The notes: generated by a model from the sequence alone, not told the origin. Counted from the first letter of the stretch, positions 1 through 10,370 are shown. The stretch is DNA of 64,000 nucleotides from Nibricoccus sp. (GCA_047602425.1 JASGHG010000001.1:1632001-1696000), one strand, 5' to 3'. Translations and numbers: made by a program.

Positions 1-1170
1 GAAATTCGGAATCGGAATTTCGTCTCCCATATTAATAGCTGCTTCGGTGTTGTTCAACGTAACGACTGTGGGATTCGAAACCAATTTCGTGTCATTCTGC
101 GTCTGGAGAGCGCTAATGATCAAATCGAATTGACCGGCGGAAAAAACAGCATTGGTGAGACGGGAAATATTATTCGTGAAGAGATTGGAAAGTTCCGAGG
201 ACGGTCCTGTATCTTTTACTGCGCCAGTGGTATCGTCAAATTCAGGTCCAACACCTCGACCCGGCTGATTGATGCCGTTCGGCCCATTCACCATATCTGT
301 AATCGAGCCAGCCGGCGAATTTGGGTAGTTCCTGTTCAACAGCGTGTCAGTCCTTTCATAGCCGTTCTGCATAAAAGGAACATCGATATTTTTCTCGGTG
401 TGTTGGTTCGTGTTAACCCGCCCATTGGTTTGGAGATAGTTACGATTCACACTACCTCCTACTTTATAACCACCCAGCGAGGCCCAATTAACACCTACAT
501 TTTTGATGTCAGCATTAGTGACTTCGATAAACTTGGATTCGATCATAACCTGCTCGGTTGGACGATCAAGGTTCTGAACGATAGGCTTCAGCTTTTGCAT
601 GACCGAACCACGCTCTGTCACCACAAGCGCATTGCTGCGGGCGTCGACAACGATCTTGCCGCCAACCTTGGAATCGACGAGCGAATCGAGGCTGGGCTTG
701 ATTTCAGAAGCTTTCGCGTAGTTAAGAATAAAGACCTCGGTCGTGAGGGGTTCAAGGTTGAGCGACTCCTGAGTTACAACCCGAATAATATTACCTTCCT
801 CGACAATAGTATAACCTACCGGTTGGAGGACGACTTGATAAACTTGGCGCCATGTAACATCACGCAGCTTGATCGAGGTTTTCCCCTGCAATGTTTCCGG
901 TATAACAAGGTTCAATTCGAACATATCGGCAACATTACGAAGTACCTCGCGGATTTCCGTATCAGGAAAATCGACGGTAAGTGTGTCCTTGCCCTTGGAA
1001 ACAAGGGGCTTGGTTTCGGCAGGAGCCGCAGGTTGTGCGGGTGCAACTGCAGTCGCCTCAGTTTTGGCCGGCGGAGGCGGCGTCGCGGCATCTTGAGCCA
1101 ACGCGACGACGCCCGAAATCGGGAGCATCGCGGACACCAACAGGGTGGTTTTTAGCATTCGAGTTCTCAT
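1..1170 (-). CDS. pilQ: Type IV pilus secretin PilQ / type II secretion GspD family, 5' part (runs off the window start)
   Basis: Own translation of the minus strand: MRTRMLKTTLLVSAMLP..., N0 domain VDFPDTEIREVLRNVADMFELNLV, DARSNALVV, QVMIESKFIEV, secretin motif LVSNPTVVTLNNTEAAINMGDEIP. ATG overlaps the upstream TGA (ATGA). Last gene of a pilMNOP-like run. Confidence 0.88.
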   Translation of the reverse strand, partial: MRTRMLKTTLLVSAMLPISGVVALAQDAATPPPPAKTEATAVAPAQPAAPAETKPLVSKGKDTLTVDFPDTEIREVLRNVADMFELNLVIPETLQGKTSIKLRDVTWRQVYQVVLQPVGYTIVEEGNIIRVVTQESLNLEPLTTEVFILNYAKASEIKPSLDSLVDSKVGGKIVVDARSNALVVTERGSVMQKLKPIVQNLDRPTEQVMIESKFIEVTNADIKNVGVNWASLGGYKVGGSVNRNYLQTNGRVNTNQHTEKNIDVPFMQNGYERTDTLLNRNYPNSPAGSITDMVNGPNGINQPGRGVGPEFDDTTGAVKDTGPSSELSNLFTNNISRLTNAVFSAGQFDLIISALQTQNDTKLVSNPTVVTLNNTEAAINMGDEIPIPNF

Positions 1171-1640
1171 GGAGTTTTTCCTGATTTAATAGGACGGGTA
1201 ATTTCCGTTTGGTTATAGCGTAACGAGAAGGTGGTGTTATCGATCGAGGTAACTTCGACTTCATACGAAGCCCCGTCAAAGGAAAGCGTTAGCTTGTCGT
1301 TGACTTTCACGGGCTTTTGACCTTTTCGCGTCAACATCATGTTACCGGGAACACCCATGGCGCCTAACGGCTGGATTTGTTCGGCAAGAACCAAGAGCAA
1401 GTCCTTATCCGAAGTAGGGCGTGCCGTAATTTCTTCGACGGGCGCCGCAATGAATGGATTTCGCAGATTTTCCGGAGGGAGCGCGGCCTCAGGTGAGGCG
1501 GTCTTCGCCAATTGAGCGGCTTGTTCCACAATCTGCTCGCGCTTTTTGGGGGCTTGGACGTCGGCTGGTGCAGCACTTGCAATATATACAAGGCCGAACA
1601 AAATAACACCGACAATTCTTTGGACAATTTGCGTCTTCAT
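1167..1640 (-). CDS. PilP-like pilus assembly protein
   Basis: N-terminal hydrophobic segment, LRNPF motif typical of PilP, position between pilO-like and secretin genes with 4-bp overlaps. Confidence 0.65.
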   Translation of the reverse strand: MKTQIVQRIVGVILFGLVYIASAAPADVQAPKKREQIVEQAAQLAKTASPEAALPPENLRNPFIAAPVEEITARPTSDKDLLLVLAEQIQPLGAMGVPGNMMLTRKGQKPVKVNDKLTLSFDGASYEVEVTSIDNTTFSLRYNQTEITRPIKSGKTP

Positions 1641-2233
1641 GCCTTTCCTAATATTTCGACGGTGAGTGACAGGATGATTTCGGGCGCTGTTTTCTTGTCA
1701 CCCGCGGCAGCATTAGTCTCTTCCTGTGCGGGATTACAATTGGCTGTCACAACGCGGCAGTAGTAACTGCCTTGTTCTAGACGGCGGAGGAATGTCAGCG
1801 CTCGAGTATAGCTACCTTGCAAGGAAACCGTGTATTGCACAGGCTTGTAACCGCCCTTCATGGTTGGAGCCGCTTTGCCCAAAACTGAAGAAGCCAAAGC
1901 AGGTCGCGTATCAAGAAGTTTTACTCCAGTCTCGCGCTCGAGCTTATAAAAATACTCCAAATTGATCGCTAGGTTTTGGGGATCTACGAGTCGGCTAGCG
2001 ATCGTTCGGTTGGCATTTTCCAATGCCTGCACGTGCTCCGCCAACTGATTGGAGTGTGAAATATTCGCAAGATGCCGCTGTGATTCTTCCGTATTTAGCT
2101 CCAACGACACTCTCAAGTCAGCCATGGCAGATCGACGTACAAAAAGGAGGCTGAGCATGACGATGAGCACCAAGGCCGCCACCGTGCCCAACGGATATTT
2201 TTTAGCCGTCGTTTTAATAATTCCGAGGTTCAT
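1637..2233 (-). CDS. PilO-like pilus assembly protein
   Basis: TM helix, coiled coil, then YKPVQYTVSLQGSYTRALTFLRRLEQ (PilO ferredoxin-like signature); operon position. Confidence 0.75.
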   Translation of the reverse strand: MNLGIIKTTAKKYPLGTVAALVLIVMLSLLFVRRSAMADLRVSLELNTEESQRHLANISHSNQLAEHVQALENANRTIASRLVDPQNLAINLEYFYKLERETGVKLLDTRPALASSVLGKAAPTMKGGYKPVQYTVSLQGSYTRALTFLRRLEQGSYYCRVVTANCNPAQEETNAAAGDKKTAPEIILSLTVEILGKA

Positions 2234-2234
2234 A

Positions 2235-2861
2235 CTATTTCGCTTTCGGCAGGTTGAACGACAATATGATTTCGAACATCAAGCGGCCGGCCTGAACATC
2301 GCGACTCACATTGGTCAGTGAAATTGATTTAAAGACGGTGTTGAGCTGCGGATCATCTCTCAGCTGGCGTTCGTAGGCTGATGCCGCACTGGTAGCCTGC
2401 TCAGAAATGCCTTGGGCGTACCCCTTGATCACTGCGCCGGTGTCTTTATATTCCACCGTCAGAAAAACGATGCCGGCGGGTTTATTTTGGCTCAGCCGAA
2501 TAAGCAGATCGGAATACACAATTTTCTGGCCTTTAACGAAACCATTGAGCTCGGTAATCTTTACTTCCTCGGCTTGGAATTGTTTATACAAGGCCACGGC
2601 TCGGCTGCTGGCGGCACGGTTCTTGTCGATTTGCGTCTGCAAATCGTTGTTTTGGCCACGGAGTATTGACAGTGTATATTCCTGGTAAGCGACCGCGAGT
2701 AAGGACGCAACAGCGAGGACAATGAGGAGTCCGTTTACGAAAAACGACGTCCGCACCAACTTGGTGTCAGGAAGTACAGCGAAATTCCTGAAGTTAGTAT
2801 GCCACGCTGGCGCCTGAGCCGCCTTGGCCTTATCTGAATTCTTCTTAAGCAGTGACAGCAT
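2235..2861 (-). CDS. PilN-like pilus assembly protein
   Basis: TM helix, coiled coil, LIRLSQNKPAGIVF...IKGYA pattern of PilN; operon position. Confidence 0.75.
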   Translation of the reverse strand: MLSLLKKNSDKAKAAQAPAWHTNFRNFAVLPDTKLVRTSFFVNGLLIVLAVASLLAVAYQEYTLSILRGQNNDLQTQIDKNRAASSRAVALYKQFQAEEVKITELNGFVKGQKIVYSDLLIRLSQNKPAGIVFLTVEYKDTGAVIKGYAQGISEQATSAASAYERQLRDDPQLNTVFKSISLTNVSRDVQAGRLMFEIILSFNLPKAK

Positions 2862-3883
2862 TGTTGTGGGTCAGCATCAGGCTAAAGAGCCCAAGCCAGC
2901 GGTTGTTCAGTTCTTGTTTCTTGGCCGTCGGACTCAGCGTAATTCCGCGAGCTTCAAGCCACCGCGGGTATTCCACCGTGAGCACAGAAACGCCGAGTTG
3001 ACTAGAAATTGCATTCTCGAGCCATGAGAGCTTCGGCGGCAGCAGCGTGCAGATTACCTGACCGATGGACTGGCCGGTCTGTACTTCGTAAAAGCCCACC
3101 GACGACTGGAGCTCCTTCAGCAATTTTTTGATTAACACGGGGCCCATGCCGGTGAAATCGAAGGCATTTGAATAAAAGAGCTTTCTGGCCGCTTCGGGGT
3201 CTTTAAGTCCGATTTCCTTTTGCACCGCAGGAATCATAGCTTCGAGTCCCTGCGAGATCGGCCGCGAATTCTCGACACCCGAGTCGCTCACAATAAAGGA
3301 CTGGGTCGATTCCGTATCGATTTCCAAAACCAGCGTCGGGGTTTTGATTTGGTTAAACTTCAGGTAGTCGACAATACCGCCAAGCGAGGTCCAGCGTACC
3401 GACCTCCAAGCGTTCAGGATAAAGACCCCTCTGTAAAAGCGTGTTTTGGATGCTGACGACTTCGTCGCTTCGAAGTCCGACCACGACTGCATCCTTAGCG
3501 CCAGCCGCATCAAAATCGAAATCCAAGCCATCTTTAGCTCCTAAAAGCGCTAAAGTGTATTTGTCGGCCTCAATGTGAATCTGATTCGCCAACACCTCGT
3601 CCATGTAGGATGGCTCCTTGTAGCGCTTCGGATCGAGGCTGACATGCCTGAGTAAACGTCCTTCGGTGTAAACGCCACATGTCGCATGCAAGTAGCCGTG
3701 CTGACCGGATTTCTTCGGGCGCAGCTGTTTGATCATCTCATCCAACGCGTCCGTATTGGCGGTGGGGCAACTATTCAGTTCCTCCACCACCATTGGGCCG
3801 GTGCGCGCTGACGTGGATGCGAGCAAAACACTATGGCTGTTGTGCTCAACAAAGTATCCTTTTGTTTTTTTAGTAAAAACCAT
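2845..3883 (-). pseudogene. pilM: PilM-like actin-fold pilus assembly protein, split by a +1 frameshift (or sequencing error)
   Basis: ORFs 3353..3883 and 2845..3531 join as ...YPERLEVGTL|TSLGGIVDYL...LVLEID...LQSSVGFY if one G of CTGGACC (plus-strand CC at 3391-3392) is removed, giving 345 aa. Confidence 0.75.
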
Positions 3884-4073
3884 TGCGGTTAGTTCAAGGG
3901 GGTGAAGGAGTCTTTCGGCACGAAAGTGTTAAGATTGACAAAGAAATCGTGGGGAAAATTGACGGAAATTGCGGTGAAGTGACAAGCGTAAAGCCGGTCG
4001 TAACTCCTAACTAAAGGGTATTTACGGATTATTTAGTAATCGATATGCATCACTAGATGCATCTTTTTGCCCA

Positions 4074-4105
4074 CAAAAAAACCCGTTCTGCCATGCAAAA
4101 CGGGT
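4074..4105 (-). terminator. Rho-independent terminator after the small basic ORF
   Basis: ACCCGTT...AACGGGT stem with a U-tract on the minus strand. Confidence 0.7.
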
Positions 4106-4133
4106 GGAGAATAGGAGCGAAACCGGGAGTCGG

Positions 4134-4235
4134 TTACTTCTGCCAAGTGCGCTTTTTGTGACGATTGGCCTTGAGGCGCTTGCGGCGCTTGTGCTTCGAC
4201 ATCTTCAGACGACGTTTCTTTTTCAGATTTCCCAT
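4134..4235 (-). CDS. 33-aa basic AURKAIP1/COX24-domain protein (bS22/mS38-like small ribosomal protein)
   Basis: Own translation: [33 protein letters not shown]; matches the MG.xxKKRRxKMxKHKxRK family pattern; followed by a terminator. Confidence 0.88.
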   Translation of the reverse strand: MGNLKKKRRLKMSKHKRRKRLKANRHKKRTWQK

Positions 4236-4300
4236 GGTGGCTAGGTTTTTAAATGTGAAGGGTCAATCTGCGAAGCTTTCCTGCGACTGTAAAGCGCTTT

Positions 4301-7300
4301 TTAGCTCTTAGGTTCCTCGACCGCCAACCAGTCGCCCGCAGCGCTGGAGTAGACAAGGAGCCGCACCTCTTGTCCCGGCATAACCGCCAACAATGCCTGC
4401 CCATATGCCGAAAGTTGCGGCGCGTACTCCCGAGCCAAACGAACCAGCAATTCCCCTCCCCTTTCACTTGGGCGAAAGTGATTGGTTTTCCAATCGATCA
4501 CCACGACTTCGCGCCGCGCCGCATTATGCAGCACCAAATCCATCACGCCGTCGATCCAGCCGCTATCACCCAGCGGCGCAACAACCGCCAGCTCGGCAAG
4601 CAATGTCCAATCACCAGAGCGCAGTTGCGTCCATGCTTCGCTCGCCCGCAAAAGCCGGAGCTCTGTCTCCGCCCGGTCCTGAAAACCGCGCGCGCGCGCC
4701 TCAACCAATCGATCTGCCCAATGCGCCTCAATTTTCGCGTCCGTCAGCGTCCAAGGCGTATGCTCCATCGTCTCGTGCCACCATACACCGTAGTCGATCG
4801 CCTCTTCGCCCGCCATCAGCCGGGTAGGCAGCGGCTGGTCAAGCGCTGACTCGTGACGGAGGCTGCGCGAAAAATCCGTTTTGTGCGCCAATTGATGAGG
4901 AAGAATGCGCGGGGGCAAAATGGGCAGTGGTCGTGAAATTTCGTCGTTCGAATCCGCAGTTTGGGTGAAAGGACTTGGCTCCTCCGCTGGAACGACGTCT
5001 ATGTCTTCACAAGATGGTTTTCGCGAAAAAGTCGTACGCGGCAGTCCTTCCAATAGCGCGCGCTCACCCCAAATTTCCGCGAAACTGGGATCCTTGCGCT
5101 TGCTCACCCCAAAATCCTTGTCCCAAGGAATGATCAGCCGCCGTCGCGCGCGGGTTAAGGTCACGTAAAGCAAACGCACCAGCTCGCGGAAACGTTCGCG
5201 CTGCCGCGACTCCACTGTATCCGACGGCACGCTGTCCGCTCCAAGAAAAAGCCGCGCCCCACCCTTCGGTCCACCTTCGGAAATCAAGCTGATGCCACGT
5301 TGCGGCGCCTCGCCGATCTGACGCCAAAAACCAGCCGCTACCACCACGGGCCATTCCAGTCCTTTTGCTGAATGGCAGGTCATCAAATTGATCGCATCGT
5401 CCTGCGGTTTGCCAGTAGCGCGCAGGCTATCGAGCCCGGCCAGCAGTATTTTAAACCATTCGCGGGGACCTGCGCCGGACGCGCCCAATTCGGCCGCTTC
5501 GGCCAGCAATCGATCGAGTTCCGCACTCAAATCTCCGGATGGATCGAGGACAGCCGCCTTCTCGGCCAGCGCACAGTCCGCAACCAGTCCACGCGCAAAA
5601 TCCTCCAACGGCAGACCTTCATCGTCCACTCGCATAATCCAAGGGCGCACGATCGCCAGCGCCGTGCTCAAGGGCTCGGGATGCACCTCCGGAGTTTCCC
5701 ACTGAAATGTGCCTTTCTCGCGTCGCTCGATCGCCAGCATTGCATCGCTCACCGCGAAAATTTCGCGCAACACACCGAACCATTCGTAATCGTTATCAGG
5801 GTGGCACACCACCGCCAGCAATCCCGCCAGCCAAGCGTAGACCGGGCTGTCGCCACTGCGTCTGCGCTGGCTTTGCAGCGCCGTCTTAAGGCCGGCTTTT
5901 TCAAATTCCGCCTGAAAAAGCGGCAGCCAGTCGTTGCGCGGCGCCAAGACGCAAACTTCGCCCCAATTAATGGCACCGACGGAAGACGGCCCGTGAGATG
6001 CAAAAAATTCCGCGAGCTGGCTCGCCTCTTCCGACAAACGGTCGGCTACTCCATCCGCCGTTTTTTCCGGAGTTTGCAGAGGGAAAACTTCAATCCGTCC
6101 TTCCTCGTTGCCCGGCCCTGCCTCCAGGGGCTCATACGCGACCTGCAATAAGGGAGCCGGCGCACCTTCCTCGGGCGGCAAACCGAGGTTGTAGATGCGC
6201 GACGAACCAAATGCCTGAGGCAATCCGGCGTTCAGCAAATCGATTACGGCCCGCGGTGCTCGAAAGGTGACTTGAAACACCAGACGTTCGCCCCCGTCGC
6301 CGCGCGCATACGCTTCAATGTGGCGCATGAAATTACGGATGTCAGCCCGCGCCCGGTAGATCGCTTGCTGGCCGTCACCCACCAGACAGAAATGACCATC
6401 ACGTGGCGGCGCCCCTCCGCCATCGGGCCAGGAGCCTGGCACAGCACCGGAAGGGCGGGCAATTTCCACGAGCACGGCGAATTGTTGCGAGTCCGTGTCC
6501 TGCGCCTCGTCTAGGATCACGCGCCAGCCATCGTCGCGAATTCGGTCGAGCGTCGCCGGATCCTGCAAAACCGCCAGCGCCACGTCGATTTGATCGGCGT
6601 AGGTTTGTACCCCGCGTTCGGCGCGGTGGGCGCGAAACCGTTCCGCCAGTTCGGAGGTTAGCGTCGCCGCAGCGTCGGCCAACCAGTCTTTCAGCGGCGC
6701 CATCCAGTTCTGCGCAAGTTCGACGATGGCTTTGGAGGTACCGACAGGTTTGTAAAGCGGCAAAAATCCCCGGCCAGATTCGAAGCGTTCCCACCACCGC
6801 TGCGCCGCGCGCTGGTTGTTTTGCAGATTTCGCCGGGTGGATTCCGTGCCTTTTACGGGCAATGACAGAATTTGGTCCAAGATTGCCCGACTTGGACGCG
6901 GCAATGGACCCGAAGGACGCCGTCGCGCGAGCTGTTGCGATGCGACAGTGCCTATTTTTCGAGCCGTCTCAAACAAGTCCTCCAGCGGCACAAAACGCAA
7001 AAATGCATCCACTTCAGCCTTCGGCAGCGACTCAAACACCATCGAATCCTGTTCGAGAAATTCCTCGAAGAATATCTCCGCTTCCTCGCTGTCCTCGGTC
7101 AGCAGGCGAGGATTGAGATTGAGTCCGTGCGTGTGACCATAACGTTGCGCCAGGAGCAAACAGAAGCTATGGATCGTGCCGAAAAAAGCCCGCTCCAAAT
7201 GGTCGAGCGGACCGAGATCGGCAATGCCCGCGGCTTCCAAACGGCTCAACAAAACCTGCCGCGCCTTTTGGCCAATCTGCGCGGCCGCTTTTTTCGTGTA

Positions 7301-7483
7301 AGTCACGACCGCGGTTTTTTGCAGGGCAACCGCGCCTTCGGGAGATAGGGCCATGGCCGCCAACCGTTCCGAGATCGCTGTCGTTTTGCCCGAACCGGCA
7401 TTGGCGCTCACCGCAAAATTCCGCTGCCATTCGGTGCGAAAGCGGTCGCGCGCTTCCTGATCGATCAACGGCTCGCTATTCAT
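4301..7483 (-). CDS. addA: AddA/RecB-like UvrD helicase with C-terminal PD-(D/E)XK nuclease
   Basis: ANAGSGKT Walker A, VTYTKKAA, GTIHSFC, LDEAQDT, VGDGQQAIYR, MTCHSAKGLEW, LLYVTLTRAR, nuclease GVMDL...IDWKT...QLSAY. Confidence 0.88.
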   Translation of the reverse strand: MNSEPLIDQEARDRFRTEWQRNFAVSANAGSGKTTAISERLAAMALSPEGAVALQKTAVVTYTKKAAAQIGQKARQVLLSRLEAAGIADLGPLDHLERAFFGTIHSFCLLLAQRYGHTHGLNLNPRLLTEDSEEAEIFFEEFLEQDSMVFESLPKAEVDAFLRFVPLEDLFETARKIGTVASQQLARRRPSGPLPRPSRAILDQILSLPVKGTESTRRNLQNNQRAAQRWWERFESGRGFLPLYKPVGTSKAIVELAQNWMAPLKDWLADAAATLTSELAERFRAHRAERGVQTYADQIDVALAVLQDPATLDRIRDDGWRVILDEAQDTDSQQFAVLVEIARPSGAVPGSWPDGGGAPPRDGHFCLVGDGQQAIYRARADIRNFMRHIEAYARGDGGERLVFQVTFRAPRAVIDLLNAGLPQAFGSSRIYNLGLPPEEGAPAPLLQVAYEPLEAGPGNEEGRIEVFPLQTPEKTADGVADRLSEEASQLAEFFASHGPSSVGAINWGEVCVLAPRNDWLPLFQAEFEKAGLKTALQSQRRRSGDSPVYAWLAGLLAVVCHPDNDYEWFGVLREIFAVSDAMLAIERREKGTFQWETPEVHPEPLSTALAIVRPWIMRVDDEGLPLEDFARGLVADCALAEKAAVLDPSGDLSAELDRLLAEAAELGASGAGPREWFKILLAGLDSLRATGKPQDDAINLMTCHSAKGLEWPVVVAAGFWRQIGEAPQRGISLISEGGPKGGARLFLGADSVPSDTVESRQRERFRELVRLLYVTLTRARRRLIIPWDKDFGVSKRKDPSFAEIWGERALLEGLPRTTFSRKPSCEDIDVVPAEEPSPFTQTADSNDEISRPLPILPPRILPHQLAHKTDFSRSLRHESALDQPLPTRLMAGEEAIDYGVWWHETMEHTPWTLTDAKIEAHWADRLVEARARGFQDRAETELRLLRASEAWTQLRSGDWTLLAELAVVAPLGDSGWIDGVMDLVLHNAARREVVVIDWKTNHFRPSERGGELLVRLAREYAPQLSAYGQALLAVMPGQEVRLLVYSSAAGDWLAVEEPKS

Positions 7484-10370
7484 CGATTGCGTCTCCTTCG
7501 CTCGCGGCCTCTACGCCAAACGTCGCTGCGAATTTCTTTTGCAAAATCGACACCGGAATCGGCGTGCAGGCCAGCGGACGCGGCGCGCCAGAAACCTCAT
7601 ATTTGTTCTGATCCGGTGTCAGCGCACCATAGCGTCCCGTCGCCAAATGCCGGCCGATTTCTGCCAACGGCGCCAAGCCCAGATCGAGTTCGTCCATTGC
7701 CAGCGAAGAAACTCCATCGGGCTTAACCATCCAAACGCGACCAGACTGCGCACCGAGCGAGCGCGCTGCCGCAAGATAAATACCCAGTTGCAACGATTCG
7801 CCCGTGAGGCCCATGCGTTTTGCGGAAAGCGCGTTATCGCTCCCGGTCTTAAAATCCACAATGTCCACGACCGCGCCCGGCCAAGTCTCGCGGTCCGCCA
7901 TTATCAGGTCCATTCGCCCGCTCACGCTTATGCTTTCGGCACCGCCCAGCGGCAAAACCACCCCTTCAGGCAAACGGCGCTCGGTCGCCATGAGCGAACC
8001 ACCTTCGAGATCCAATACGCCTTCCATCACCGCTTCGGCCCCCTGCGCCAAGGAAGCGTGAAACGAATCCCAGAAACGATTGGCGGGCCACAACCCGCGA
8101 AGCCGTTGCAGCTCCTCCGCAAGTCGTTGCTCCACTTGCGACCTCTCTGGACGGGCAAAAAAAACGCCTTCCCGATGTCCGCCGCGCAAGGCCTTTGCCA
8201 CTACCCGATGGATCAGTTGCCCAAGCGCTCTCGGCGCAGAGCGCAGCAATGGCCCGTGATCGAGACACGCGCAGCCCAACACCGCCTCGTACCAAAGCAC
8301 AGCAGGGTCGGCCACTGCCGCCTCCAGCGTACGAACAGCCACGCGTTGCGGACGCAACTTTCCTGGATCGACGGAAAAAAAGAACTCGTCGAATGGGCGG
8401 CTTTGCTCGCGACGCCCCTCCCACACCGCGCGCCAGATTTTAGTTCTTTCAGATGGATTCGGCTTCACCGACACCCTGGACGCAAGTCGCTCGAATGCCG
8501 CTGGCAGGTCGCCGCCTTTTATGCCGTTGTGCCAGAGCACGCGTTCGAGCCAGGCATTAGGCGCAAGCGGAAGTTCGGGTTGAGCCTCGTCGGTCAAGGC
8601 CGCAGAAAACACCACTTGCTCCCGGGCATCGCGCGCGAGTGCAGCATAGCCCCGCCGCTCCATCCACGCGCGGTCATCCGCGGTGGGCGGAGCTGGCAGC
8701 GAGGGATTGCTTTTAGCCAAGGCTAGACGCTGCTCATCCGTCAGCCACCCACTCGAACTTTGCCGCTGCGGCCATATCCCGGCATTGCTGCCCGTAAAAA
8801 TGACGTGCGACCAAGCGAGCCCCTCCGCCCGGCGACGACTGGTAAGCGTTACACGTGCATAGGCCACCGCGTTTGCCGAACCAACGACCATGCTATCCTT
8901 CGGCAGAAAAGAATCTATAAGGATGAAGATTTCCCGCGCCGGCAGCAGACGGCTCTCGCGCTCTGCAAAATTAACCAGCGCCTGCCATCCAGGTGGATTG
9001 GGCAGATCCAGCTTCGAGCACACACTCTGAAAAGATTCCAAAGCTTGGCGCAGCGTCAGCTCGTCCGGCCACACGGGAAGCAACAGCCCGACCACGCGGG
9101 CCATTTCCTTCCACTCCGGCCGATCGCGACCTTCAAAAAGCGGTACGCACGCGGTCAGCGAATGCGTTAGCTGTTCGTCGAACAGGCGTTCACATATACC
9201 GCGCGCCTGAAGCAGCGACAATTCAGTTTGCCCTGTCGCCTGAAGCAGCGGCCAGAGTGACAACAACTCATCGAGTCGTCCGCCCTGTGCGTAGAAAGCG
9301 ATCAATGCCCGTTGTAGCCGCGCCTCCAGCGGGGCGGCAGCCTTGCAGGGCAGAAGGTTGATAAATGGTACTCCGCGTTGCGTCAACAACCCCGCCAATC
9401 GCCCGACCGCGGCCTCCGCTTTCGGAAAAATCACGGCAATTTCAGACGCGCCTCCTGCGAGTAGCCGAACCACTTTATCCGCTACCAAATCCATTTCCTC
9501 TCCGCGCGTCCGCCCCACCAAAACTTCGGGAGGCCGACTGCCGTCAGAGGGCGTTTCCGCCAACCCCGCGCCCCCCCACCATGCGGCTACATGTTCGCAG
9601 GATTCGGCTGGCGCCGCTTCGTCGAGGGGCAGGGCCTCGACACCAAGAAATTTTTCCCACAACGCCACCCAGTCTTCATCAAGCGTGCGACGGCCGGAAA
9701 ATTCCGGCTCCGGCAAAACGATGGTCACATCCTCGAAACACCGCGCGAATGCCGCCACGTTGAAAAATTCGCCCCATGCCTCAGGCCCCAAACCATAGAT
9801 CAGCAACCGACCCCGTGCAAAAACAATGGGATTCTTAAATCCCTCCAAAGCCACGGTGCGGCTTTGGCTGGAACCCAGCACGTAACCGAGCCTTTCCACC
9901 CTGAGCGCCACTTCGGCGAAAACTTCCCGCAAGATCGGATCCGCAAAATCGTGCGCCGTGCGTCCCGCCTTGAGCAGTTCGTCGAAGTCGTCGAAGGCGC
10001 GCTCAGCGTCGCTCAACAAACTTTTGAGCAATCCGCGCTTGGGATCCTCGGCGGTCAGGCAGGCAAGTTGTCCGGCGATTGCGACCCGCAGTTCGAAAAG
10101 CAATAATTCGCGACCCAAAGCCGGACCCGAACCAGCCAATGGAAGCCATTTTTGCCGTGCGAGCCCCGGCGAGAGAAACTCCACGCCGAGCAGGGGAAGA
10201 TTCTCCGCCACGCAACGCTGTTTCAAGCCATGCGCCTGGCCACGCGTCGGAACTACCACCTGACTCCGCGTCAGCCCGGCCTGCGAAACGGCCAGCCATG
10301 GGCGGATCACCGCCTGCCAGGCGGTTTCCGCATGACGGGCGAGCAGGATCTGGACTTTTGGTTCAGGCAT
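7476..10370 (-). CDS. addB: AddB-like protein (degenerate helicase with C-terminal PD-(D/E)XK nuclease)
   Basis: VVVPT motif, C-terminal SGRMDLI...VDFKTG...LQLGIY; overlaps the addA start; start placed at ATG 10370 (MPEPKV). Confidence 0.78.
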   Translation of the reverse strand: MPEPKVQILLARHAETAWQAVIRPWLAVSQAGLTRSQVVVPTRGQAHGLKQRCVAENLPLLGVEFLSPGLARQKWLPLAGSGPALGRELLLFELRVAIAGQLACLTAEDPKRGLLKSLLSDAERAFDDFDELLKAGRTAHDFADPILREVFAEVALRVERLGYVLGSSQSRTVALEGFKNPIVFARGRLLIYGLGPEAWGEFFNVAAFARCFEDVTIVLPEPEFSGRRTLDEDWVALWEKFLGVEALPLDEAAPAESCEHVAAWWGGAGLAETPSDGSRPPEVLVGRTRGEEMDLVADKVVRLLAGGASEIAVIFPKAEAAVGRLAGLLTQRGVPFINLLPCKAAAPLEARLQRALIAFYAQGGRLDELLSLWPLLQATGQTELSLLQARGICERLFDEQLTHSLTACVPLFEGRDRPEWKEMARVVGLLLPVWPDELTLRQALESFQSVCSKLDLPNPPGWQALVNFAERESRLLPAREIFILIDSFLPKDSMVVGSANAVAYARVTLTSRRRAEGLAWSHVIFTGSNAGIWPQRQSSSGWLTDEQRLALAKSNPSLPAPPTADDRAWMERRGYAALARDAREQVVFSAALTDEAQPELPLAPNAWLERVLWHNGIKGGDLPAAFERLASRVSVKPNPSERTKIWRAVWEGRREQSRPFDEFFFSVDPGKLRPQRVAVRTLEAAVADPAVLWYEAVLGCACLDHGPLLRSAPRALGQLIHRVVAKALRGGHREGVFFARPERSQVEQRLAEELQRLRGLWPANRFWDSFHASLAQGAEAVMEGVLDLEGGSLMATERRLPEGVVLPLGGAESISVSGRMDLIMADRETWPGAVVDIVDFKTGSDNALSAKRMGLTGESLQLGIYLAAARSLGAQSGRVWMVKPDGVSSLAMDELDLGLAPLAEIGRHLATGRYGALTPDQNKYEVSGAPRPLACTPIPVSILQKKFAATFGVEAASEGDAIDE

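Noticed and set aside
130..1155. 341-aa plus-strand ORF
   Set aside because: Antisense shadow of the minus-strand secretin, which the track omitted because it lacks a stop in the window
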